From: Alphaproteobacteria bacterium
GTDB lineage: Bacteria; Pseudomonadota; Alphaproteobacteria; GM7ARS4; G965262615
Direction: 5' to 3'
NCBI GenBank assembly: GCA_965262615.1
Contig: OZ253545.1
Coordinates: 288,001-352,000 of the forward strand
Length of the DNA stretch: 64,000 bases
Part shown: one piece after another, positions 40,506 through 50,480 of the stretch
How the letters are laid out: every line of letters starts with the position of its first letter
Position numbering within the stretch: position 1 is the first letter of the stretch
Translations under genes and position numbers: made by a program
The notes under the pieces: generated by a model
The model's database searches: none
The model's input: only the letters and a program-made list of their open reading frames with translations
Told to the model about the DNA's origin: nothing

Positions 40506-42404
40506 ATGTCACATTATGATGTGGTTGTGATTGGTGGCGGTCATGCGGGCGTTGAGGCGGCGGCGGCGGCGGCGCGCATGGGGGCGCGCGTGGCTCTGGT
40601 GACTCGCAAACGAGATGATGTGGGCGTCATGTCATGCAATCCCGCCATTGGTGGCGTGGGCAAGGGTCATCTGGTGTGTGAGTGTGACGCTCTGGATGGC
40701 TTGATGGGACGCGCGATTGATGAGGCGGGCATTCAGTTTCGCACCCTCAACAAAAGTCGCGGCGCGGCGGTATGGGGACCACGGGCGCAAGCCGACCGCA
40801 CTCTTTATGCACAGGCTGTGCGCGCCATGCTGCAGGACGAGACATCCATCACGCTCCTTGAAGACGAGGTGGTGGATATCCAAGTCACGCGCCACAAAAA
40901 ACCGTCCCAATGGCAGCTGCAAGGAGTGATTCTCGCGCACGGCGGTTTTGTGGCGGCGCGCACGGCTATTTTGACCACGGGCACATTTTTGCGCGGCATC
41001 ATTCGCATCGGCGATTGGAGTCGCAGTGCGGGGCGCATGGGCGATGATGCCACCACCCACCTCTCGCAAAAACTGCAATCATTGGGACTCACCCTCGGAC
41101 GCCTCAAAACAGGAACGCCACCACGATTGGATGGCAACACCATCCATAAGGAGAAAACATCGCGGCAATACGGCGATGAAAACCCACTGTTCTTTTCCGC
41201 TTTCACTCACAAACTGCGGCAGCGGCAAATTCAATGCTTCGTCACCCACACCAATGACAGGACTCATGCCATCATTCGCCACGCGCAAAAAAATCCTCAT
41301 CGCGATGGTGCGGGCGAATTGGTGACGGGGCCTCGCTACTGTCCTTCGCTGGAGGAAAAAGTCGTGCGCTTTCCGCAGCAATCCTCCCACACGATTTTTT
41401 TAGAGCCAGAGGGATTAAACGACAGCACCATTTATCCCAATGGCTTGTCCATGTCGGTGTGTGAGAAGACGCAAAAAACGGTCATTCACAGCATCAAGGG
41501 ACTGGAGGATGCGCGCATTGTGCGCTACGGCTACAGCGTCTCTTATGACTATGTGCGAGGGTGTCATGTGAATCATCGTCTTGGTGTTCGCTGCGTTGCG
41601 GGATTGTATCTGGCGGGACAAATCAATGGCTCTACGGGCTATGAAGAGGCGGCGGCGCAGGGGTTGGTGGCGGGCATCAATGCGGCTCATGAGGCGGGCG
41701 GCGGCGCGCCAGAAGACGGATTCATGCCGAGTCGCGCCACCGCCTATATGGGGGTGATGATAGACGACCTCATTCGCCATGACCTCACCGAACCCTATCG
41801 CATGCTGACGGCTCGTGCGGAATATCGTCTGCGTCTGCGCTGTGACAACGCCATGAAGCGTCTGACACCGCACGGCATCAGACTCAATTGCTTGAGCAAA
41901 AAGCGCATTGCCCTGTGGCGACACATGGAACGCAACGATGAAGAGGCGCGCGCCTATCTGCATGGACATCGCCTGTCGGCATCCGTGTTGCGAGAACATG
42001 ATGTCGCTGTGCCGCGCGATGGTGTGCTGCCCACACTGGCGGAAGCCGTGTTTCATGAGACCATTCCCATGAAAGATTTGGCGCGTCACTACCCTCATCT
42101 TCCCACCCTCTGCTGTGATGCGGTGCGGCGCGTGGGCATTGAATGGTTTTATAGCCCCTATGTGAAGCGTCATGAATCTCAATTGGCTCTGTTGCACAAG
42201 GAGTCGCACACATTTCTTGATGAGGAATTGAATTATGATGATGTTCATGGCTTGTCTCATGAGGCGATGGCGGCACTGAAGCGCGCTCGCCCCACCGATT
42301 TGGCGGCGGCGTCTCGCCTTGAGGGCGTGACACCTGCCGCCCTCATTGCCCTGCTGCGCCACACCCGTCATGTTTCACGTGAAACATCGCCCGCCGCTTC
42401 ATAA
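40506..42404 (+). CDS. mnmG: tRNA uridine-5-carboxymethylaminomethyl(34) synthesis enzyme MnmG (GidA)
   Basis: YDVVVIGGGHAG.EAA, MSCNPAIGG.GKG, RLKTGTPPR, GPRYCPSLE, GQING.TGYEEAAAQG. Confidence 0.97.
   Translation: MSHYDVVVIGGGHAGVEAAAAAARMGARVALVTRKRDDVGVMSCNPAIGGVGKGHLVCECDALDGLMGRAIDEAGIQFRTLNKSRGAAVWGPRAQADRTLYAQAVRAMLQDETSITLLEDEVVDIQVTRHKKPSQWQLQGVILAHGGFVAARTAILTTGTFLRGIIRIGDWSRSAGRMGDDATTHLSQKLQSLGLTLGRLKTGTPPRLDGNTIHKEKTSRQYGDENPLFFSAFTHKLRQRQIQCFVTHTNDRTHAIIRHAQKNPHRDGAGELVTGPRYCPSLEEKVVRFPQQSSHTIFLEPEGLNDSTIYPNGLSMSVCEKTQKTVIHSIKGLEDARIVRYGYSVSYDYVRGCHVNHRLGVRCVAGLYLAGQINGSTGYEEAAAQGLVAGINAAHEAGGGAPEDGFMPSRATAYMGVMIDDLIRHDLTEPYRMLTARAEYRLRLRCDNAMKRLTPHGIRLNCLSKKRIALWRHMERNDEEARAYLHGHRLSASVLREHDVAVPRDGVLPTLAEAVFHETIPMKDLARHYPHLPTLCCDAVRRVGIEWFYSPYVKRHESQLALLHKESHTFLDEELNYDDVHGLSHEAMAALKRARPTDLAAASRLEGVTPAALIALLRHTRHVSRETSPAAS
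42370..42387. other. parS: parS centromere site 1 (inside the mnmG 3' end, encodes HVSRET)
   Basis: Perfect palindrome ATGTTTCACGTGAAACAT containing the parS consensus. Confidence 0.95.
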
Positions 42405-42407
42405 CGA

Positions 42408-42425
42408 ATGTTTCACGTGAAACAT
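42408..42425. other. parS: parS centromere site 2 (overlaps the rsmG start, encodes MFHVKH)
   Basis: Second ATGTTTCACGTGAAACAT, 38 bp after the first and about 600 bp upstream of parA. Confidence 0.95.
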
Positions 42426-43034
42426 GATGCACGCGCCGCTTTGCTTCACTATGGCGATGTGTTGGAGGCATGGGGACGCACCCTTGCCATCGGCGGCAAA
42501 CGAGGCGGACGGCGCGCCATTGACCAGCGCATTGAGCGCAGTCTGCAATTGTTTCCATTTCTTGAGAGGGTTGTCAAAAGATACAATGGAAAAATCAACA
42601 TATCAGACATGGGAAGCGGCGTGGGAATTCCCGCCATCCCCCTTGCCATCGCCGCCACACACCAAAAGGCGAATTATTGGCGACAGGTCACATTTCATCT
42701 GGTGGAAAAACAAAGACGGCGAGCCCTTTTGTTGCAAGAAATTGTGCGGCGATTGCAACTGCCTCATGTCACCGTCCATCACGGAAATTTGGACACAATG
42801 GAATCCCTTGAGGCTCATGTTTTCACCGCCGCCACGGTGGCATCTTTGGGAACTTTGTGTCGTTGGATGGAACGCCACAAAAGCCCCGCTCACTGCGCCG
42901 CTCTGCTCCTCAAAGGACGAGGCTTTTTGAGGGAATTGCACCAAGCGCAAAAATCATGGATAATAGAGCATGACATTCATCCTCTTGCTCAAGAGGGGGT
43001 GATTTTGCACCTCAACCACTGGACTTCACGATGA
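42408..43034 (+). CDS. rsmG: 16S rRNA m7G527 methyltransferase RsmG (GidB), divergent
   Basis: DMGSGVGIPAIPLAI, LVE...RR, LLLKG; lies between mnmG and parA. Confidence 0.88.
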   Translation: MFHVKHDARAALLHYGDVLEAWGRTLAIGGKRGGRRAIDQRIERSLQLFPFLERVVKRYNGKINISDMGSGVGIPAIPLAIAATHQKANYWRQVTFHLVEKQRRRALLLQEIVRRLQLPHVTVHHGNLDTMESLEAHVFTAATVASLGTLCRWMERHKSPAHCAALLLKGRGFLRELHQAQKSWIIEHDIHPLAQEGVILHLNHWTSR

Positions 43035-43816
43035 CTCAAAACATTATTGCCGTCACCAATCAAAAAGGCGGGGTTGCCAAAACCACCACCGCCGTCAATC
43101 TTGCCACCGCCCTTGCCGCCATTGAGCGCGATGTTTTGGTGGTTGATCTTGACCCGCAAGCCAATGCCACTTCAGGATTTGGAATCAATATCCATGCCGT
43201 CAAACACAGCATCTATGATGTCCTCACTCAGGAGCATCCCATCGGTGATGTCATCACACAGACGGATATTCCTCGTCTCAGCATCATTCCCGCCCACATT
43301 GATCTCGCCGCCGCCGAAATAGAACTGGGAGACGACAATGACGGAACGCTCATTCAGGGAAGTGATAAACTCAGAAAATATCTTCACCATCCCGATATCA
43401 GTCATTTTCATTATGTTTTTATTGATTGCCCCCCCGGCATCGGCTTTCTCACCCTCAATGCCCTCACCGCCGCCACCAGCTACATCATCCCCTTGCAGTG
43501 TGAATTCTACGCCCTGCAAGGACTGGGACAATTGCTGCAATTCGTCAACAGAGTTCGGCGCACCCACAACAACAAGCTCACTCTGTCGGGGGTGCTGCTC
43601 ACCATGTATGACGCACGCAATAGCCTTTCATCGGAAGTCGCCGAAGATGCGCGTCATAATTTTGGCGATAAAGTTTTTGAGACCGTCATTCCTCGCAATG
43701 TGCGTATTGCCGAAGCACCGTCTCATGGCAAACCCGTCTTGTTGTATGACCATAAATCCAGTGGTGCGGAAGCATACGCTTCCCTCGCCAGCGAATTGCT
43801 CAACCGAGAATCATGA
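43031..43816 (+). CDS. parA: Chromosome partitioning ATPase ParA
   Basis: NQKGGVAKTTTAVNLA, DLDPQANAT, IDCPP, PLQCEFYAL.GL, IPRNVR.AEAPSHGKP. Confidence 0.97.
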   Translation: MTQNIIAVTNQKGGVAKTTTAVNLATALAAIERDVLVVDLDPQANATSGFGINIHAVKHSIYDVLTQEHPIGDVITQTDIPRLSIIPAHIDLAAAEIELGDDNDGTLIQGSDKLRKYLHHPDISHFHYVFIDCPPGIGFLTLNALTAATSYIIPLQCEFYALQGLGQLLQFVNRVRRTHNNKLTLSGVLLTMYDARNSLSSEVAEDARHNFGDKVFETVIPRNVRIAEAPSHGKPVLLYDHKSSGAEAYASLASELLNRES

Positions 43817-44685
43817 ACCCGCAAAAAAAGAAAAAACTGGGAAGAGGACTCGCCGCCCTGCTGGGTGAAGAATCCGCGCAAGCTCTCGTCACCCCCGCCG
43901 CCCAAGGAGGCAAACGGGTGCAGTCGGTCGCCATTGAGTCTTTGCTGGCGGGGACGATGCAGCCGCGCCGCCACTTTGCCGATGACAATCTGGCTGAACT
44001 GACCGCATCCATCAAGGAACACGGAGTCTTACAACCCTTGCTGGTGCGCCCGCACGATGAGGGCACTTTTGAAATCATAGCGGGGGAACGCCGCTTTCGC
44101 GCCGCCACCAGCGTGGGAATCTCCCATCTGCCCGTGCTTGTCGTCCCCATGGATGATGCCACCGCCCTGCAAGTGGGGCTCGTGGAAAACCTGCAAAGAC
44201 AAGATCTCAATCCGCTGGAAGAGGCACAAGGCTACGCTCGCCTTGCCAACGAATTTGAACGCACCCAAGAGGAAATCGCTCGTGTCGTGGGCAAAAGTCG
44301 CTCCCATGTCGCCAACATGATGCGCCTGCTCACCCTTCCTGACACCATTCAAACCATGCTCTTGCAAAACCTTCTCACCATGGGTCATGCTCGTCTGTTG
44401 GTGGGACGCACCGATGCCATTGCGCGCGCTCAACGCATGATTAAAGAAAACATGAGCGTCCGTTCCGCCGAACAATGGATGACACGCAATTCAACATCTT
44501 CGCCCAAAACGACAAAAGTCGCCAAGGATGCCGATGTCGTCCAACTGGAAAAAAGCCTCTCCAATGAACTTGGACTCGCCGTGCGTCTGCACCATCAAAA
44601 AGGCAGGGGCTCCCTCACCATTCACTATCATGACAGTGACCAACTGGATGGCATCATTGAACGCCTGAAGCGACCGCTTGCGTGA
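43813..44685 (+). CDS. parB: Chromosome partitioning protein ParB
   Basis: LGRGLAALLG, QPRR.F, GVLQPLLVR, IIAGERRFRA, ENLQRQDLNPLEEA, GKSRSHVAN. Confidence 0.97.
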   Translation: MNPQKKKKLGRGLAALLGEESAQALVTPAAQGGKRVQSVAIESLLAGTMQPRRHFADDNLAELTASIKEHGVLQPLLVRPHDEGTFEIIAGERRFRAATSVGISHLPVLVVPMDDATALQVGLVENLQRQDLNPLEEAQGYARLANEFERTQEEIARVVGKSRSHVANMMRLLTLPDTIQTMLLQNLLTMGHARLLVGRTDAIARAQRMIKENMSVRSAEQWMTRNSTSSPKTTKVAKDADVVQLEKSLSNELGLAVRLHHQKGRGSLTIHYHDSDQLDGIIERLKRPLA

Positions 44686-44695
44686 GCCATTGCCC

Positions 44696-44740
44696 GTTCT
44701 ATTTTCGTTCTTCTTTTTGTTCTTCTTTTTGTTCTATTTG
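44696..44740. repeat. Four related 10-12 bp pyrimidine-rich tandem units at the parB/mnmE convergent junction
   Basis: gttctattttc-gttcttcttttt-gttcttcttttt-gttctatttg; the last unit contains the mnmE stop. Confidence 0.8.
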
Positions 44741-46095
44741 CCGATGCACAAAGAGCCGAACAGGTAATCCAGCATCTCCTCTGCGCCGCCGTGCCCCGTC
44801 ACCGCCCCCAAGGATGCGAGCGCGTCGCGCACATATTCCGCCGTCAATTCCTCTTGTCCTTGTGGCGTTTTTGCCGCCTGTGCCAGCAGTGATGCCGCCT
44901 CCTGCACCACCCGCCGCACTCGCGCTCGGGTGATGACCGGCGACTCGCCATTGTCATCATGCGCCATCATGCGCTGGCGCAGCTTCTCATAGCATCGTTG
45001 TGCCACCGATGCCGCCGTTGCCACAATGGCGAGAGGCTTTGCTCCTTGCCGCTGGCGACAAAACGCCGCCACTTTTTGATAAAAATCCTTCGTCTCGGGT
45101 TGATCATTTTTATTCACCAAAACCATCCACTGATGAGGCTGTCGCTCACCAATCCATGCGCGCCACACCGTCTCATCACCCTGAGCATCGTGAGCCAGCA
45201 CCAGCCACAGCTCATCGGCTTTGTGCACCATCCGATGTGTTTTGCCCATGGCGGCGGCATCCAGCTCATCGCGAGCTTCTCCCAAGCCCGCCGTGTCATA
45301 AAAACAAATCAACTGACCATCCAACTCACGATGATAACGCACCACATCTCGTGTTGTGCCCGCGGTGTCACTCACCAAAGAAACCTCTTCTTGACTGAGT
45401 TGATTCATCAGTGTTGATTTTCCCGCATTGGGCGGTCCCACGAGGGCAATCTGTATCCCCTCTCGCACCTGTTCGCCTTTGCGTCTTTGCAATTCGCGCT
45501 GCAATTCATCATGCACCGTGAGCAAGCTTCTGCGCGCCTTTTGCATCATGTCGTGGGGCAAATCCTCATCGGTAAAATCAATGGCGGCTTCGTAGAACGC
45601 CAAAACCTCCATCAGTGTGCTGCGCCATTGTTCAATTTTTTGTCGCCCCTCACCGCGCCACTGCTGCAATGCCTGCTGCCTTTGTGCCTCAGTGCGTGCC
45701 GCCATCAAATCCGCCAAGCCCTCCACAGAAGTCACATCCAGCTTTCCCGCCAAAAATGCGCGCCGCGTCAATTCTCCCGCTTGGGCGGCGCGCACATCGG
45801 TCATCTCATCCAGCTTTGCCACCACCGCCGCCAGTGTCGCCACTCCACCATGACAGTGCAGCTCCGCCATGTCCTCCCCCGTATAACTGTGAGGCGCAGG
45901 CAACCACACAACCATCGCCTCATCCAGAACATTTGTTCCATCTCGCAACAGACGCAATTGCATCATTCTGGGCGGCGGCAATTCATCACGCAAAAAAGAT
46001 GCCAAGACCTTCCGCACGCCCTTGCCCGATAAGCGAATCACCCCGATGGCTGACGGCGGCTGTCCCGTGCCCAACGCATAAATCACTGTCGCCAT
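44734..46095 (-). CDS. mnmE: tRNA modification GTPase MnmE (TrmE)
   Basis: IRLSG, PHSYTGED.AELHCHGG, GPPNAGKSTL, GTTRD, DTAG, C-terminal CIGK. Confidence 0.96.
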   Translation of the reverse strand: MATVIYALGTGQPPSAIGVIRLSGKGVRKVLASFLRDELPPPRMMQLRLLRDGTNVLDEAMVVWLPAPHSYTGEDMAELHCHGGVATLAAVVAKLDEMTDVRAAQAGELTRRAFLAGKLDVTSVEGLADLMAARTEAQRQQALQQWRGEGRQKIEQWRSTLMEVLAFYEAAIDFTDEDLPHDMMQKARRSLLTVHDELQRELQRRKGEQVREGIQIALVGPPNAGKSTLMNQLSQEEVSLVSDTAGTTRDVVRYHRELDGQLICFYDTAGLGEARDELDAAAMGKTHRMVHKADELWLVLAHDAQGDETVWRAWIGERQPHQWMVLVNKNDQPETKDFYQKVAAFCRQRQGAKPLAIVATAASVAQRCYEKLRQRMMAHDDNGESPVITRARVRRVVQEAASLLAQAAKTPQGQEELTAEYVRDALASLGAVTGHGGAEEMLDYLFGSLCIGK

Positions 46096-46204
46096 ATAAT
46101 CCCTCTCAGTGCTTGCGATAAAGAGCAAAAGTCTCTAAATCTTTCTCTAATCAAAACCACTAACAAAGCAACCGCCAGTGTAACCCAAGAACAAGAGAAT
46201 AGAC

Positions 46205-46756
46205 ATGAACAAAGAACAATTAAAAATCGCTGGCGCGCTCATGGCTTTGGTCTTGACCATCACCGTTGGCAGTGTTGGCACGGACTTGATTTACCATCCG
46301 TTCATATCCACCACCGACAGCAAACCCGCTTTTCTGCCGGAACAAGACACCGCAACCGCCTCTCCCACCACAAAAAAAGATTCTCAGCCTCAAGATGACA
46401 GCGCGTCCCTGCCGGATCGCCTCAAAAATGCCAGCATCACCCATGGTGAAAAAGTCGCCCGCCGATGCAAAGCCTGTCATTCCCTCAAGAAAAATGGCGC
46501 GATCAAAATTGGTCCTCCCCTGTGGAGCATTGTGGGAAGTCCTGTGGCATCCTTCTTTGGCTTTAACTATTCCGATTCTCTTAAAAATCTCAACACCATT
46601 TGGAGTCCCGCCGAACTGGATCGTTTTCTCAAAAAACCCTCCCGCTATGTCCCCGGCACAAAAATGAGTTTCGCCGGCATTGAAGACGGCAAAGATCGCG
46701 CCGATATCATCGCCTATTTGCGCACCCTCACCGCTGGAGGCAAGGGCGATCAATAA
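46205..46756 (+). CDS. Membrane-anchored cytochrome c (CycM/c552-like)
   Basis: N-terminal TM, CKACH haem motif, GPPLW.IVG, PGTKMSFAG, DRADIIAYL. Confidence 0.92.
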   Translation: MNKEQLKIAGALMALVLTITVGSVGTDLIYHPFISTTDSKPAFLPEQDTATASPTTKKDSQPQDDSASLPDRLKNASITHGEKVARRCKACHSLKKNGAIKIGPPLWSIVGSPVASFFGFNYSDSLKNLNTIWSPAELDRFLKKPSRYVPGTKMSFAGIEDGKDRADIIAYLRTLTAGGKGDQ

Positions 46757-47549
46757 TTCATCTCCTTTGCCCGCCTCGCTGCGACAGCTCGCCCATCGTC
46801 TCGCCGATGATGCCAGAGGCATCCTCACCGACAATTTTCGCAACCCCCATCGCGTGCAATACAAAACCGATGGCACACCCGTCACCACCATAGACACCAC
46901 CATTGAACGCCATCTGCGCGGTGTCATTGAAAAACACGCCCCCCATTGCGGCATCATCGGCGAGGAAGAGCCTCCTCATAACGAAAATGCCCCGTGGCTT
47001 TTTGTGTGTGATCCTCTGGATGGAACGCTGGCGTATATCAGTGGCAAGCCCCTGTTTGGCTTTTTGCTGGCAATCGTTCATCAGCGTCTTCCCCTCTATG
47101 GCATCATTGATAGCCCCATCACCCAAGAACGCTGGCACGGCGGTGACTCCTTTGCCTGCCAACACAATGGCACGCCCGTTCGCACTCATGACAAAACAAT
47201 CCTTGCCAATTCCATCCTGCACGCCACCAGCCCCCACATGTTTTTGCCTCATCAAGAAGCGGCGTTTCATCGCCTGCGCGCGATGTGTCGCTCGGTCATC
47301 TATGGCAGTGACTGCTACGCCTACGGCTTGCTCGCCTCTGGATTTGCCGATGTCATTGCCGAAGCCACCATGAAACCCGCCGACTTTCTGGCTCTTGCTC
47401 CCGTCATCACATCAGCAGGCGGGGTCATCTCCGATTGGCACGGGCGCGCCCTCACCCTTGATTCCGATGGCACCGTTCTTGCCGCCGCATCAACAGCTTT
47501 ACATCGCCAAGCCATCACCTTACTTAATGCTCATGACTCACCGTTTTAG
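46749..47549 (+). CDS. hisN: Histidinol-phosphatase, inositol monophosphatase family (start uncertain: ATC 46749 or TTG 46767)
   Basis: K.D.TPVT..D, GIIGEE, DPLDGT.AY.SG.PLFG.L, DCYAYGLLASG, AGG.ISDW.G. Confidence 0.85.
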   Translation: MNNSSPLPASLRQLAHRLADDARGILTDNFRNPHRVQYKTDGTPVTTIDTTIERHLRGVIEKHAPHCGIIGEEEPPHNENAPWLFVCDPLDGTLAYISGKPLFGFLLAIVHQRLPLYGIIDSPITQERWHGGDSFACQHNGTPVRTHDKTILANSILHATSPHMFLPHQEAAFHRLRAMCRSVIYGSDCYAYGLLASGFADVIAEATMKPADFLALAPVITSAGGVISDWHGRALTLDSDGTVLAAASTALHRQAITLLNAHDSPF

Positions 47550-49359
47550 CTCCATTATTGTGATGGTCGCCCTTGTTGCGACCCTTGGCAGCCGCGCCCA
47601 TGCGTCTGATCTCCATGCCCTCGCCCTCTACGGCGAGCCTCGCTACAGTGCCGATTTTACTCATTTCGCCTATGCCAACCCCAATGCCCCCAAAGGCGGA
47701 CGATTTAAAACCGCCGCCGTCGGACAATTTGATAACTTTAATCCCTTTATCCTCAAAGGAATCCCCGCCAATGGTCTCAATAGTTATCTCTTTGAAACAT
47801 TGCTCACCCCCTCTTATGATGAAGCCGCCAGTCACTATGGCTTGATTGCCCGTAGTGTGACGGTGTCACCCAATGGGCCCAATGGGCAAAAAATCACCTT
47901 TCACATTCGCACCGATGCCCGCTTTCATGACGGTGCGCCCATCACCGCCGCCGATGTCCAATTTTCATTTGACACCCTGATGGAAAAAGGACACCCATTT
48001 TTTCGGTTCTATTATCGCGATGTGGACAAAGTCACCACCACAGACCCATCATCGGTGACCTTTCATCTTGCCCCCAATGCCGCAAAAGAATTGCCCCTCA
48101 TCATCGGCTCGCAATTGCCCATCCTTGCCAAGCATTTTTGGCAGAATCATGATTTCTCCGAACCCTTGCTCACCCCCCCCATCAGCAGTGGGCCCTACCG
48201 CATCAGCGACTTTGCCTTCAATCAACGAGTCATCTACACCCGTGATGAAAACTACTGGGGACGCCATCTTGCCGTCAATCAGGGACGCCACAACTTTGAT
48301 ACCATCCACATTGATTATTATCGCGATGCCACCGTCGCCCTTGAGGGATTTCGCTCCCATGCCTACGATTTTCGAGCCGAAAATCAAGCCAAAGCATGGG
48401 CACACGGTTACGCGTGGGATGATGTCACCAATGGCTTTGTCATTGTTGAAGAAATTCCCCATCAAATCCCCACCGGTATGCAAGGATTTGTCTTTAACAC
48501 CCGCAAAACAATCTTCAGAGATTCTCGCGTCAGGCAGGCTCTCATTTTGCTTTACGATTTCGCATGGGCTAATCGCAATCTTTTTCACAACGCCTACACC
48601 CGTAGCACCAGCTATTTCAGCAATTCCGAATTGGCAGCGCGCGGTGAGCCATCGCCCGAAGAGAAACAACTCCTCAAACCCTTCGCCCATCAATTGCCGC
48701 CAGAGACTCTCACCTCCGCTTATGAAGCTCCCGTTGCTCACGAAAAAAACGGCATGCGTCCCCTCATGCGTGAGGCGCGCCGTCTGCTTCAGGACGCGGG
48801 GTGGAATCTGAACCAACAAAAAATGACCCACCAGAAAACTGGCGACACGCTGCAATTTGAAATTCTTTTGCGCAATCCACAATTTGAACGAGTGGTTGCG
48901 CCCTACATTCAAAGCCTCAAACGCCTCGGCATTGATGCTCGCCTGCGGCTCATTCAAGACGACTCCCAGTATCAAAAAAAGCTGGATGATTTTGACTTTG
49001 ACATGGTGGTGAGCGTCTTTCCCGCCTCTATCACCCCCGGCAATGAACTGCGCGATTTGTTCTCCAGCCAAGCCGCCGACACATCCGGCAGCCGCAATCT
49101 GGCAGGGATTCGTCATGAGGCGGTGGATTATCTCGTTGAACGAATCATCACCGCCGATGATCGCACCTCCGTGATTGTCAGTGTTAAAGCTCTTGATCGC
49201 GTCCTTTTGTGGAATCATTATGTCGTGCCTCATTGGCATATCGGTTATTTTCGCATCGCTTGGTGGAACATGTTTTCTCGTCCCGCCATTCAACCGCCCT
49301 ATAATTTGGCTTTGGATTTTTGGTGGTATGATCAAGAAAAAGCAGCGTCCATCCCCTGA
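47533..49359 (+). CDS. yejA: Peptide (microcin C-type) ABC transporter substrate-binding protein
   Basis: HF.YANP.APKGG, FD.FNPFI.KG, ARFHDG.PITA.DV.FSF, GMQGFVFN.R, ALDRVLLW.HYVVP. Confidence 0.9.
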   Translation: MTHRFSSIIVMVALVATLGSRAHASDLHALALYGEPRYSADFTHFAYANPNAPKGGRFKTAAVGQFDNFNPFILKGIPANGLNSYLFETLLTPSYDEAASHYGLIARSVTVSPNGPNGQKITFHIRTDARFHDGAPITAADVQFSFDTLMEKGHPFFRFYYRDVDKVTTTDPSSVTFHLAPNAAKELPLIIGSQLPILAKHFWQNHDFSEPLLTPPISSGPYRISDFAFNQRVIYTRDENYWGRHLAVNQGRHNFDTIHIDYYRDATVALEGFRSHAYDFRAENQAKAWAHGYAWDDVTNGFVIVEEIPHQIPTGMQGFVFNTRKTIFRDSRVRQALILLYDFAWANRNLFHNAYTRSTSYFSNSELAARGEPSPEEKQLLKPFAHQLPPETLTSAYEAPVAHEKNGMRPLMREARRLLQDAGWNLNQQKMTHQKTGDTLQFEILLRNPQFERVVAPYIQSLKRLGIDARLRLIQDDSQYQKKLDDFDFDMVVSVFPASITPGNELRDLFSSQAADTSGSRNLAGIRHEAVDYLVERIITADDRTSVIVSVKALDRVLLWNHYVVPHWHIGYFRIAWWNMFSRPAIQPPYNLALDFWWYDQEKAASIP

Positions 49360-49375
49360 ACCCATCGCCTGAGTC

Positions 49376-50476
49376 ATGAGACGCTACATCCTTCGCCGCC
49401 TTTTGCTCATCGCGCCGACATTGTTCGGAATTTTGCTCATCAATTTCGTCATCGTCCAAGCCGCCCCCGGAGGACCCGTCGAACAAGCCATTGCCACCCT
49501 TAAAGGACAATCATTGGGCGCGACCGCCATGATCAACCGAAGCGGCGGTGATGTCATGTCATCTGCGCAAAACGCCGCCACCCAAGGGGGACTTCAGGAC
49601 AATTATCGCGGCAGCGAAGGGCTCGACCCGCAACTCATTGAGTCCATCGAAAAACTCTATGGATTCGACCAGCCCCCTCTGACCCGTTTTGGCATCATGC
49701 TGGTCAATTATCTGCAATTTGATTTGGGTGACAGCTTCATTCATGGACGCTCAGTGACTGAGCTCATCATTGACAAGCTGCCGGTCTCCATCTCGCTGGG
49801 CTTTTGGACTCTTTTGCTGGTCTATCTCATTTCCATTCCTCTGGGCATCATCAAAGCCACTCGGGACGGCTCTCGTTTTGATTTATGGACTTCTTCGGTC
49901 ATCATCATCGGCTATGCCGTTCCCAGTTTTCTTTTTGCCATCTTGCTCATCATTTTTTTTGCTGGCGGCAGTTTTTGGAATCTGTTTCCTCTGCGCGGCT
50001 TGGTGTCCGATAATTTCGCCGAACTCTCTTTATGGCAACAAATCGGTGACTATTTATGGCACATCACTCTGCCCGTGGTCTCCATGGTCATCAGTGGCTT
50101 TGCCGGTCTCACCATGCTCACCAAAAACGCCTTCCTTGAAGAAATCAACAAAATGTATGTGCGCACCGCCTTTGCCAAAGGATTGACGCACAATCGTGTG
50201 CTCTATGGTCATGTATTTCGCAATGCCATGCTCATCGTGATTGCCGGATTTCCCGCCGCCTTCATTGGGATTCTTTTCACCGGTGCTCTGCTCACTGAGA
50301 TCATCTTCTCCCTTGATGGACTCGGGCTTCTGGGATTTGAAGCCGCCCTCCAAAGAGATTATCCCGTCTTGTTTGGAAGTTTGTATATCTACAGTCTGGT
50401 GGCTCTGCTGCTGCGCATCATCAGCGATCTCTCTTATCGGCTGATTGACCCCCGCATTGATTTTGACAAAAAATAG
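49376..50476 (+). CDS. yejB: Peptide ABC transporter permease
   Basis: YILRRLLLI.PTLFGI, APGGPVEQ, YGFD.P, FPLRGL.S, HVFRNAML, DPRIDF. Confidence 0.92.
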   Translation: MRRYILRRLLLIAPTLFGILLINFVIVQAAPGGPVEQAIATLKGQSLGATAMINRSGGDVMSSAQNAATQGGLQDNYRGSEGLDPQLIESIEKLYGFDQPPLTRFGIMLVNYLQFDLGDSFIHGRSVTELIIDKLPVSISLGFWTLLLVYLISIPLGIIKATRDGSRFDLWTSSVIIIGYAVPSFLFAILLIIFFAGGSFWNLFPLRGLVSDNFAELSLWQQIGDYLWHITLPVVSMVISGFAGLTMLTKNAFLEEINKMYVRTAFAKGLTHNRVLYGHVFRNAMLIVIAGFPAAFIGILFTGALLTEIIFSLDGLGLLGFEAALQRDYPVLFGSLYIYSLVALLLRIISDLSYRLIDPRIDFDKK

Positions 50477-50480
50477 TCTC

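Noticed and set aside
48049-49377. Long antisense ORFs (442 aa here; also 41415-42371, 4043-4801, 36972-37814)
   Set aside because: Shadow frames of well-conserved genes (yejA, mnmG, pstA/pstB, thrS) with no recognisable motifs.
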